Below the pieces are notes generated by a model, which worked only from the letters and a program-made list of their open reading frames with translations, was not told where the DNA came from and ran no database searches. 64,000 nucleotides of DNA from an uncultured cyanobacterium. GTDB taxonomy: Bacteria > Cyanobacteriota > Cyanobacteriia > CAKZMO01. The first letter of the stretch is position 1; each line of letters opens with the position of its first letter. A program made the position numbers and the translations under genes. Positions 20,001 through 27,607 of this stretch are shown here, piece by piece. The stretch covers positions 352,001-416,000 of the forward strand of contig CAVRCJ010000010.1 in assembly GCA_963719515.1 (NCBI GenBank). The letters run 5' to 3'.

Positions 20001-20168
20001 TGTCGTCAAGAGGACATGCCAATGCCGATCTTGGTGGTCTCCTCTCGGCTATCAGAGGATTGGTTTGCGGAAGCCCAGCGCCTTGGGGCCAACGATTATT
20101 TGACGAAGGGATTTTCTACGGTAGAGCTGTTGAACAAGGTCAACCACCTAGCGACATCAGAGGTCTGA
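17076..20168 (+). CDS. CheA-type hybrid kinase (Hpt, HATPase, CheW, REC)
   Basis: Hpt LYRAIHTIKGGA; LLHLIRNAFSHAIE, DDGRGID, PGFSS...SGRGVGMDVV; C-terminal REC; alternative starts at 16992 or 17013. Confidence 0.93.
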   Translation: MEAQLQQELLSMFEVDTQKGLQAYLDQASHLQSDQWNTDIQTLYRAIHTIKGGAVTVGADAILQVATVLEDLLSDLRRLETAPPLEDGQLTNMLVEAGELLASASLIKAEKAEARSRVEPSVQRIHWLRSHIQACYLPHWSPQEQIQQEFVQQGFDLVVLDLEIALENLTVEGALPEEVLQTGRSLVEQLRQIGNDLELSAGWRTLLQQAEILLERRSVEIWQTQWPRLFQALKGSIRRGSEPVSFTLVLPEEAADPAATSPLPQSAASDATAGIDGAEAKGSAESQSITEISWAEISGAAESESDDESDNSAEVSDVLTDVGAFLDELGSLEDLPTALQDAADEEAQDEFLGEAEAAQTTAEAIETLAALDWAVAETMQDSLLEEVQATPAEPSIEALLEPVDPAYDLAIVPPTESDAAEQVQIPVPLERLDRSAQDLVDALLSVRSTQGIYNVLQNQILQLSSLAQEGVQYITRLRQIQDDYALVDTLNDLRQTGPEPERYRQGYVTINRLLETSLRLSELGAETEKSAKEMTESLQVLDGNVLKLQATVEESRLVPFRNLAFRTRAILRDLTTRFDKPVKLTIQGERTELDVGSARSLEPALLHLIRNAFSHAIEPLEERQSLGKPKQGTLSLSLQRLGNVYRLSLQDDGRGIDAQAIRDRALDLDLPRSDTSTSANLLAVICQPGFSSNTDVSALSGRGVGMDVVAAQIDKMGGKLTLETSLGQGTTFSLQFPVPHLLVSCLLLRAGDRTFALPFEDTRSIALLETLEATPTQQGAFSWQIKADGEVLPGLDLLDYWQPQTGDRALEETAVCTYVQLSDGGQGVWLIADDLLGQSDLLISALPTPLQAPEGVMGVSLQTDGTLVPVLNVAAIVDHLRARPQSFRATSDQFSGQFSGDTPDSAFSTPTILIVDDAALMRRRIEASLNSHGHPTHTCADGLEAWNWLKANPAPALVITDIEMPNMDGFTLIDRCRQEDMPMPILVVSSRLSEDWFAEAQRLGANDYLTKGFSTVELLNKVNHLATSEV

Positions 20169-20188
20169 GCACAGACGTCCGCTGCGGG

Positions 20189-20620
20189 CTAAAGGAGTCC
20201 CTCTAGGTGGCGGCGGATGCGGTCGAGTTCGGTGGGGGGAAGGGCGTCGCTGCCGTCACCATTGCTGTCCCCAGGCGACGAGTCTGATGGCGAACCTGGC
20301 CGCAAAGCGTCTGGGGGTGAGTCCTGCTCTTTTTCCCAATCTGTGAGCTCAACGCTCGATTCGGGAGGAATCTCTAGATCGCCTTTTTCTATCAGCTTGT
20401 ACTCGTAGCCCGCTCCCTGACAAAACTCCTCAATCTCGTCTCGGTCGAAGGGCTCAACGGTAGGCACCCGAAAATCCTGGGCCTCCAGCATCAGCGTGTA
20501 GCGCTCAGCGTCATCTTTATCCTCGAACATCAACACAACGTTGCGATCGTCACTGGTCTTTAATGTGTGAATCCCTTCACTATCCGTTCCAGCATCAAAT
20601 AGCAGCACGTATATGGTCAT
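20189..20620 (-). CDS. DUF3110-family protein
   Basis: YVLLFDAGTDSEGIHTL...VLMFEDKDDAERY..LEAQDF. Confidence 0.85.
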   Translation of the reverse strand: MTIYVLLFDAGTDSEGIHTLKTSDDRNVVLMFEDKDDAERYTLMLEAQDFRVPTVEPFDRDEIEEFCQGAGYEYKLIEKGDLEIPPESSVELTDWEKEQDSPPDALRPGSPSDSSPGDSNGDGSDALPPTELDRIRRHLEGLL

Positions 20621-20789
20621 AGCGAAGTCGCTCTCAACACCTATGCCAACATCTTACCGAAATCATGGCGCGGGAAATCTTTGCCTTTAAAGACGAAAAT
20701 GCTAGATTTGGCTGAGCCTTTGCGCAGCAGCGCTGTAGAACTGCACTGCCGTTGATTGGCCCGAAGCAGTATTGATAGTGACGATCAAG

Positions 20790-21563
20790 CTACAGGGTCA
20801 CCAGCGAAATCGTCTCTTGAGGCTTTGGCTCGACGACGTCGGTGGTCAGCTCGCGCGCCGCCAGCGCCTGCCGAAACGTGCTGACGCTGCCCACCGTGCT
20901 CAGCAGTTTGTCCAGGATGCCGCTGTAGGTAATGTCGCCACCGGCTGCCGTCGGAAAAAACAGCCTGGGCTGGAGGGTCTCGGCTAACATCAGGGCGCTC
21001 TTGTCGCCCTGGATGATGGCACCCGCTACGGGAAGCTCTAGGTTAACAACGGGGCTGATGACGACGTCTACCGGGCCATAGCGGTCCACATCGGGAGGCG
21101 GATAGCCGTGGGGCTCGTAATAGATGGCGGTGTGATTGGGCCGGGCTGCATTGGGGAGAGCAGTCATCAGATAGCCGTTTTCTGGGGTAATGCCCACGGG
21201 CGCTCCCCGAAACGCCTTGATCTCTAGATGCTCATTGGCGTAAGACTCGCCCGGCGCGATCGCCGTCACGCTTTGGTAGCCCAGCGCTTTGACTACGGTG
21301 GCGGCATTTGGGGAGCCCACCACTGGAATTTGGCGATCGAGCTGCTGCAGCGTAGGGCGGTGGGTGTGGTCCGGTAATCCCTGAGAGAGCACGATTAGAT
21401 CGATATCCTTAGGCAAGGTCTCGATGGGCGCGGCGTGGTCACCCTTAAATAGCCAGGTCTGGCCACCAAACACCAGAGAGTCCAGTAGCCAGGGATCAAT
21501 AAGAATGCGGTAGTCGCCCAAATCCCAAAGCCAGCTGTTAGCGCCGTAGTACGTCAAGTCCAT
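20790..21563 (-). CDS. MBL-fold metallo-hydrolase
   Basis: YYGANSWL...ILIDPWL, LSQGLPDHTH, ENGY, YYEPHG. Confidence 0.85.
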   Translation of the reverse strand: MDLTYYGANSWLWDLGDYRILIDPWLLDSLVFGGQTWLFKGDHAAPIETLPKDIDLIVLSQGLPDHTHRPTLQQLDRQIPVVGSPNAATVVKALGYQSVTAIAPGESYANEHLEIKAFRGAPVGITPENGYLMTALPNAARPNHTAIYYEPHGYPPPDVDRYGPVDVVISPVVNLELPVAGAIIQGDKSALMLAETLQPRLFFPTAAGGDITYSGILDKLLSTVGSVSTFRQALAARELTTDVVEPKPQETISLVTL

Positions 21564-21670
21564 AGAAAGGGTTAGGGGTGTAGTGTCGCGCGCACGTCTG
21601 CTGAACGCTATAGAATGCCGGTAGATCTATTGTCGGCCTACTCCCAGTGTAAAAGGATTTACCGGTCCCC

Positions 21671-22702
21671 GTGACGATTTTGGTCTTTGGCAGTCTCAAT
21701 ATGGACTTTGTGGCTCAAGTCTCCCGGCTTCCCCAGGTTGGGGAAACCCTGCGGGGGAATCGATTCACGATGACGCCTGGCGGGAAAGGGGCAAACCAAG
21801 CCGCGGCGGTGGCCCGTCTGGGGGGAGATTGCCGCATAGTGGGACGCGTGGGAGGGGACCCCTTTGGCGCAGCGCTGACCCAGCAGCTTCACGAGACCGG
21901 AGTCGACTGCAGCGCCGTCTCTGTGGATTCCACCGTATCATCTGGGGCCGCGGTCATCGAGGTGAGCGATAGCGGCGACAACCGCATCGTGGTCATTCCA
22001 GGAGCTAATGGACAGGTTGGTGAGAGCGACCTCATGCGGCTGGCTGCACTTTTGCCCCAGGCGAGCTGGCTGCTGCTGCAGCTCGAAATTCCTCTACCCG
22101 TTGTGGTTTCTGCCGCACGCGCTGCCCGCGCCGCTGGGGTGCGCGTCATGCTTGACCCCGCACCTGCCCAAGCCCTCCCCAGCGAGCTGTATGGGTATGT
22201 TGATGTGCTCACCCCCAATCAGACGGAAGCGGAGCGGCTGACAGGGCGCACGGTGACAACGCAGGCTGAAGCGACTGAAGCGGCGGCCTGGCTGAGGCAG
22301 CGAGGCGTGTCTACGGTAGTGATTACCTTGGGCGCGCAGGGGGCATTCTATAGGTCGTCGGGCAGAGCGTTGAGTAAATCGCTGGGCGAGTCGCCGGAGC
22401 CATCACCCGGGGACTGGGCCTCGGATGACACTGGGTTAGTGCCTGCCTTTCCCGTCAAAGTGGTTGACACCGTGGCGGCTGGCGACACGTTTAACGGGGC
22501 GCTGGCGATCGCCCTCAGTCAGCGAAGAGGGGCATCCGGCAGGCCTGAGCCGTCGCTCTATGACGCGATTCGCTACGGGGCCGCCGCTGCCGCGATCGCC
22601 GTGACTCGAGCGGGCGCTCAAGCGGCCATGCCGACAGCTTTAGAGCTGGAAGGTTTTCTATCTCAACACACGAGCGACTCAAGTCTTGATAGAAACTTAT
22701 AA
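21671..22702 (+). CDS. rbsK: Ribokinase (PfkB family)
   Basis: GSLNMD, PGGKGANQA, TPNQTE, DTVAAGDTFNG. Confidence 0.92.
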   Translation: MTILVFGSLNMDFVAQVSRLPQVGETLRGNRFTMTPGGKGANQAAAVARLGGDCRIVGRVGGDPFGAALTQQLHETGVDCSAVSVDSTVSSGAAVIEVSDSGDNRIVVIPGANGQVGESDLMRLAALLPQASWLLLQLEIPLPVVVSAARAARAAGVRVMLDPAPAQALPSELYGYVDVLTPNQTEAERLTGRTVTTQAEATEAAAWLRQRGVSTVVITLGAQGAFYRSSGRALSKSLGESPEPSPGDWASDDTGLVPAFPVKVVDTVAAGDTFNGALAIALSQRRGASGRPEPSLYDAIRYGAAAAAIAVTRAGAQAAMPTALELEGFLSQHTSDSSLDRNL

Positions 22703-23033
22703 AACTAGACGAATTCCTGTGCTTACATGTACATATGTGATTTCGAACGATGGCCTGTCGGCCCTATAGCGGTAATCGGCGAGGGAAGCCCTTCGGCGAG
22801 TAGTCCTTTTGATACGGCATACAGGCCGGGTTCTCGTTTAAACCACACCCCCTTGAGACGCGAGATTTCCTTCAAAGGAAATTTATGTTTCAACTTCAGA
22901 CGAGGTTCATATGGTGTACCTATCCCAAATAGATAAGCCTGCGCCCAGTGAGCGCTGTTGAGGAATTCCTCAAGTACGCTTGCGTTTGACGTGTCTTGTA
23001 GTACCTGTAAAGACTTAAGTACCAATCTTCCCT

Positions 23034-23360
23034 ATGCTGAAAACCTATCAACCCGAAAAATTTGTGACTGAGGTCAACGAGTTTGAGATCCGCGACTGGG
23101 TCCAGGAAAACGTACAGGCTGGCGTCAGTCACCTTCTCATTGACTTTCAGAATGTTGGCTTCATCAACAGCAGCGGTCTGGGCGCGTTGGCAACAGCGCT
23201 CAAGATGGCGCGAGAAGCAGATACTCGGCTCGCCCTCAGCTCCCTAAATCCCCAGGCGCGCATGACGCTAGAGATTGCGGGTATGGATAAAGCGTTCGAG
23301 ATCTTTGAGAATCCAACCGATTACGAATCTGCAATCTCCTCCCCCTCTACGGTCAGCTAG
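23034..23360 (+). CDS. STAS-domain anti-sigma-factor antagonist
   Basis: LLIDFQNVGFINSSGLGAL...LEIAGMDKAFEIF. Confidence 0.88.
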   Translation: MLKTYQPEKFVTEVNEFEIRDWVQENVQAGVSHLLIDFQNVGFINSSGLGALATALKMAREADTRLALSSLNPQARMTLEIAGMDKAFEIFENPTDYESAISSPSTVS

Positions 23361-23451
23361 GTCGCGGGAAAAGATCGCGCCAGCGACACCGCGATACAAC
23401 GCTACGCCATTCACACCGTTGAGCGGCTCACCCTCTGGGCGGTGAGCCGCT

Positions 23452-24051
23452 TTAACTATTCTGTGGGGTAACGGCGTGAGCGGTCTGAGCGGCTGACCAC
23501 TGGCCATAGTCTTGGCGCAGATGATTAATTAGACGCTCCTCAATTGTCCCGAGAACGCCGCTAAGCAATCTATTGCCAACTCTTCTCACGATGGCATTGG
23601 AGATAATAGCAAAGCTTGGAGGGAGATCGACCCGCACTTCCAAGTCGGCTATGCCCGTCAGATGGCTGCTCTCTGCAGCGTCGTGGAGGTCTACCGGTTC
23701 TGCCGTCACCACGCGCTCTGCGGCGGCATACAGCTGTCCTGTCAGCGTCAGCGTAAACTGGCGATTTATGGCATCTACCCCTGAAATCTGACAGTCTACT
23801 GCTTCGATGTGCAGGATAGAGCCGGCATCGGTCCACACGCGCAGGTCAACCGTCGGCTGAATCTTGAGCATAAAAAACTGAAGCGCCTGCATGCGGAGCC
23901 GAAAGACGTCGTTCCCGCACTCTTTAACTCGATCTGAGGCGAAGAGGGCGTAAACTAGGCGTCGGGGCTGAGCTAAATAGGCCTGAAGCGCTGTTCGCGA
24001 CCCTGGCAAATCTAGTTCGACAGATTGAGAGGCTGCGAAGCGCGACATCAT
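23452..24051 (-). CDS. DUF1997-family protein
   Basis: YLAQPRRLVYAL, IQPTVDLRVW, GNRLLSGVL...DY; divergent from pheA as usual in cyanobacteria. Confidence 0.8.
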   Translation of the reverse strand: MMSRFAASQSVELDLPGSRTALQAYLAQPRRLVYALFASDRVKECGNDVFRLRMQALQFFMLKIQPTVDLRVWTDAGSILHIEAVDCQISGVDAINRQFTLTLTGQLYAAAERVVTAEPVDLHDAAESSHLTGIADLEVRVDLPPSFAIISNAIVRRVGNRLLSGVLGTIEERLINHLRQDYGQWSAAQTAHAVTPQNS

Positions 24052-24249
24052 CAAGCTTGATAAAGGGAGGGGGGTAAGGCACAGTTGCTAAAGCGCTGAC
24101 GGCGGCGATCGCTACCGGACAGGGCAAGAGTGACATTGCTGATTGTAACGGCTCTCTAATAGACTGACCTTGTCCTAAAAGTATACGTCTGTTGGGCGCT
24201 TGCCGTACAATTCGGCTGCTCTCTAAGACAACCCTCACTGAGCAACCCT

Positions 24250-25116
24250 ATGCCCCTCACCCTGGCCCATCTTGGCCCTCAAGGCACCTACGCCGAGACA
24301 GCCGCGTCGCTTTGTGCCCAGTGGTGGTATCAGCGAGGGCTGGGCACCCTGGTGCTGCAGCCTTACTCCAGCATTGCCCAGAGCCTAGAGGCGGTCGCCG
24401 CCAACCAGGCCGAATTTGCCATTGTGCCGGTAGAAAACTCCACTGAGGGCAGCGTTACCATCACCCTCGATACCCTATGGCAGCTCGATGCACTACAGGT
24501 CCGTCAGGCGTGGGTGCTGCCTATCTCCCACGCGCTGCTGTCCCAGGCCAGCGTCACAGACATCGAGGTCATTTACTCCCATCCCCAGGCGCTCGCCCAA
24601 TGCCAGCGGTGGATAGAGGCCCAGATGCCCCACGTCTCTCCCATTCCCACCCGCTCGACCGCTGAGGCCGTCCAAAAGCTCAGCGAGCACCCCACAACCT
24701 CAGGGGCGATCGCCTCTAGGCGAGCAGCCGAGATGTACCACATGCCGGTCATCGCTGAGGCCATCAACGACTACCCCGACAACTGCACCAGGTTTTGGGT
24801 CGTCAGCCAGCCCCAGCGGATTTACCCGCAGCTGCGCCCCTGTAGCCACATTTCCCTTGCCTTTACGCTTCCTGCCAATCAGCCAGGGGCTTTGGTCGAG
24901 CCCCTGCGAATTTTTGCTGAGCGGGCCATTAACCTCAGCCGCATTGAGTCGCGTCCCACAAAGCGATCGCTCGGCGAGTACCTATTTTTTCTTGACCTAG
25001 AGGCCAATTCATCTGATACAGACGTCCAGGAGGCTCTCACGGCCCTAGGCGAGGTCACCGAAACGCTAAAGCTGTTTGGCAACTATTCAATTTGGAGGGC
25101 CGATTCAGAAGATTAG
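24250..25116 (+). CDS. pheA: Prephenate dehydratase
   Basis: LGPQGTY, VPVENSTEGSV, SHPQALAQC, NCTRF, ACT domain NLSRIESRP. Confidence 0.97.
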   Translation: MPLTLAHLGPQGTYAETAASLCAQWWYQRGLGTLVLQPYSSIAQSLEAVAANQAEFAIVPVENSTEGSVTITLDTLWQLDALQVRQAWVLPISHALLSQASVTDIEVIYSHPQALAQCQRWIEAQMPHVSPIPTRSTAEAVQKLSEHPTTSGAIASRRAAEMYHMPVIAEAINDYPDNCTRFWVVSQPQRIYPQLRPCSHISLAFTLPANQPGALVEPLRIFAERAINLSRIESRPTKRSLGEYLFFLDLEANSSDTDVQEALTALGEVTETLKLFGNYSIWRADSED

Positions 25117-25751
25117 GGCAGCGCGTCTTTGAGCGCAGTCCGGGCCGCAAGGTGGCTGCGGGTCGTGGTCAAAATCTCGGCTTCGCGCTCTAGGCGCTCA
25201 ACGGTATCCTGCATCTCGAGAAGCATCTGCTGCTCAGGAGCAACGCCATACAGCGTATGGGCTACCCAATAAGAGAGGTCGAGCGGGGCCTCGGGAATAT
25301 CATCCGGCAGATTGATAGCTTGACCCGTTAGCTTTGCCGACAGGTGAACCACGTCCTGAAGCAGCTGACTCACTTCGGTGGACAGACCGCGCAGATCGCG
25401 CTCGGTAGGCTTGTCCTCCATCCACTCCACTAAGCCGACGTAATAGGGCTTCTCGCGCACGTATTCCAAGACGCGGAACCGCTGCTGCCCAATGGTGACG
25501 ATCTTCATGCGGTCGTCAGGCAGCCGCTCGCAGTGGACAAGCTCTGCGCAGCAGCCCACCGAGGCAATGTCGCCGCTAGCGGGATCATACATCACAACCC
25601 CAAAGCGGCGATCGCTCTGCAGAATTGTATTCATCATGATGCGGTAGCGGAACTCGAAAATGTGTAGGGGCAGCGGACGGCCAGGGAAAAGGACGACCTC
25701 AGGCAGTGGAAAAAGAGGAAGTTCGCGCACGGCAACGGATGGAGGAGTCAT
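25113..25751 (-). CDS. LON peptidase N-terminal (substrate-binding) domain protein
   Basis: ELPLFPLPEVVLFPGRPLPLHIFEFRYRIM; no AAA+ or protease domain. Confidence 0.92.
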   Translation of the reverse strand: MTPPSVAVRELPLFPLPEVVLFPGRPLPLHIFEFRYRIMMNTILQSDRRFGVVMYDPASGDIASVGCCAELVHCERLPDDRMKIVTIGQQRFRVLEYVREKPYYVGLVEWMEDKPTERDLRGLSTEVSQLLQDVVHLSAKLTGQAINLPDDIPEAPLDLSYWVAHTLYGVAPEQQMLLEMQDTVERLEREAEILTTTRSHLAARTALKDALP

Positions 25752-26017
25752 TTAACGCCAGCCGTCATGAACGAATGACGGTGTAAAAGGTTACGTGACC
25801 TACAGGCCAGCGTGGCCGCAGCAGCCACTGAGTAAACGCAGGATTTGTAGGTGACGCTTACCAGTGTATCGTATTGTTTCAAATCGGACAGCCAGATACA
25901 GGCAATGGGGCACAGCGACAAGCCATGCCCCTTTAACGGGTAGGTTTCAGAGTGGCGATCGCGCCGAAAGCAGCCCTGAAGGATCTACGCGTCCAGCGCC
26001 TAGGTTTAGTTCAAGAC

Positions 26018-26530
26018 CTAGACGTCGCGCTCGCTGAGCTCCCGGGTCATGTAGTCAAAAGGCTCAGCGACGATAGAAGCCACATCGCCAATCTCAGCTT
26101 CGCCGACCATCTGCATCACCATATCCTTTAGGATTTGGATGCCGACTACCGTTGGGCCAATGGGCACGCCGAGAGAGTTGTAGGTCTCGCGCAGCCCTTC
26201 CAGAACGCGCTCGTCAATCACGGTAGTGCTGCCGGAAACGAGAGCGTAGGTTGCGTAGCGCAAATAATAGTCCATATCGCGCAGGCAAGCGGCGTAGCGG
26301 CGAGTGGTGTAGGCATTCCCGCCGGGACGGATCAGCTCAGGAACGGCTTCAAACAGCGCCAGTCCCGCTCGTTTTACTACAGACGCCGCGTTGGCGTTAA
26401 TCATTGTCGCTGCCTGAACGCGAGCTGTCCCCGAGTCAAAGTACTCTTTCAGCTCGCTCAGGGCGTTTGTATCGAGGTAGCGCCCCGCCACGTCATAATC
26501 CCGGATTAAATCTGTTATCGCGTCTCGCAT
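26018..26530 (-). CDS. apcF: Allophycocyanin beta-18 subunit
   Basis: MRDAITDLI start, ELIRPGGNAYTTRRYAACLRDMDYYLRY, LRETYNSLGVP; GGAGG upstream of the ATG at 26530. Confidence 0.93.
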   Translation of the reverse strand: MRDAITDLIRDYDVAGRYLDTNALSELKEYFDSGTARVQAATMINANAASVVKRAGLALFEAVPELIRPGGNAYTTRRYAACLRDMDYYLRYATYALVSGSTTVIDERVLEGLRETYNSLGVPIGPTVVGIQILKDMVMQMVGEAEIGDVASIVAEPFDYMTRELSERDV

Positions 26531-26702
26531 GCCGTTAAACCTCCAAGCGATTCTCCCAAGCCTATCACGAGCCAAATTTGATCGTGACTACACCCCTGAC
26601 TCTAGTCGCTTTCGAGGACACTTGGGCATTAAGTTTTGTGCATCTGCTTGAGGGGTTTTAAACCTCTTGGAGACTCCACATTTGCGCAACGCAGCTTGTG
26701 GT

Positions 26703-26802
26703 GAGTTGGGCTTGTGCCCGTAGTGGCAGGTTGAGCTTGGCCTGCTAGTAGCGAGTTAGGCTTACGCCAGTATCGGCAAGTTAGGCTTACACCTACATTG
26801 GA
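26703..26802. repeat. Degenerate tandem repeat, 4 x 25 bp
   Basis: gagttgggcttgtgcccgtagtggc / aggttgagcttggcctgctagtagc / gagttaggcttacgccagtatcggc / aagttaggcttacacctacattgga. Confidence 0.75.
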
Positions 26803-26808
26803 GGACCG

Positions 26809-26865
26809 TTGAAGATTCTCGGCGTCTCGGCGTATTGCCACGACAGTGCAGCAGCACTGCTTTAG
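26809..26865 (+). pseudogene. 5' remnant of a NodU/CmcH-family O-carbamoyltransferase
   Basis: GGAGGA RBS, then TTG and (M)KILGVSAYCHDSAAALL*, matching the family N-terminus MxILGISAYYHDSAAAL. Confidence 0.8.
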
Positions 26866-27134
26866 AAAAATGGCTCAAGCGAAGGGTGCAACCCTGACGC
26901 TAGTGCTCATTCCGGCAATTGATAATTTTATGCGGCAAGCCCCTGAAGCGCCGCTGACCATCCAGCCTGTTTTTCGGTAGTTTGCGGCGCAGCGAGGCAT
27001 TGAGCTCATCGACTTAGCTCATCGATTTAATAGAGATGCCAAATGAGCCCGACTACGCCAGGTACCACCACACCTGCGATCGTCGTCGGTCAGCCTACAG
27101 AAACCAGGTGGCGGCAGAGGCGATCGCCCGCTAG
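26861..27134 (+). pseudogene. Decayed 3' remnant of an SGNH/GDSL-like hydrolase
   Basis: FRKMAQAKGATLTLVLIP...FR*FAAQRGIELIDLAHRF, frameshift, then YHHTCDRRRSAYRNQVAAEAIAR*, a degraded DGHWSAYGNQVAAEAI. Confidence 0.65.
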
Positions 27135-27607
27135 ATAGGCAGCTGAGCCGCATCACCCCGGCGCGCAACTTGACCAAGGCTCGCCTGCAGTCTGAATTGG
27201 CAGCGCCGTCCAAAAGCTAAGCTTTTCCTTAAAACAGGCAGTCGGACCGAGGGACGCTCCAGTGCTGCGCTAGCATTCAGGCTATACGCAATTTACCGGC
27301 CATGCTTATCTTCATTCGTCCGGTAAGATTGTTCAGCACCCAATGTTGCTCTATCTTGCGCGATCGCTTTCCCCTGAACTTTCGTCGCGCGTTTTGAAAG
27401 CGGTTTAGCGTAGGTTCAAGTCACAGTTGTCAGGATGTCTGGCTGCTAGAACTGTAAGGTTGTTACCAAGTTGCTTTGGCAAGATTTTTAAGCCCTGATA
27501 GATGCTCGTCCCTGGGCACTTCAAACCGGTAGGCAAAGCAGACGCTACGCCAAAGGCGGTGTGACGGATGCTGACGTTGTACTTTCAAACTGGACCCAAA
27601 TCTTCCT

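Noticed and set aside
22752..22795. TPP riboswitch-like string GGTAATCGGCGAGGGAAG
   Set aside because: Lacks the upstream CTGAGA and the CCTGAT core, and the downstream gene is unrelated to thiamine.
22723..23025. 100-aa minus-strand ORF between rbsK and the STAS gene
   Set aside because: Non-ATG start and no recognisable features; it overlaps the likely STAS promoter. Cannot be fully excluded.
26703..26802. 25-bp periodic repeats (and the 13- and 15-bp arrays) as a CRISPR array
   Set aside because: Units are head-to-tail and degenerate with no unique spacers, and no cas genes are in the window.
26809..27220. Saxitoxin gene cluster
   Set aside because: Only short relics of a carbamoyltransferase and an SGNH hydrolase; no sxtA, sxtG or other core genes. 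The module also occurs in non-toxic strains.
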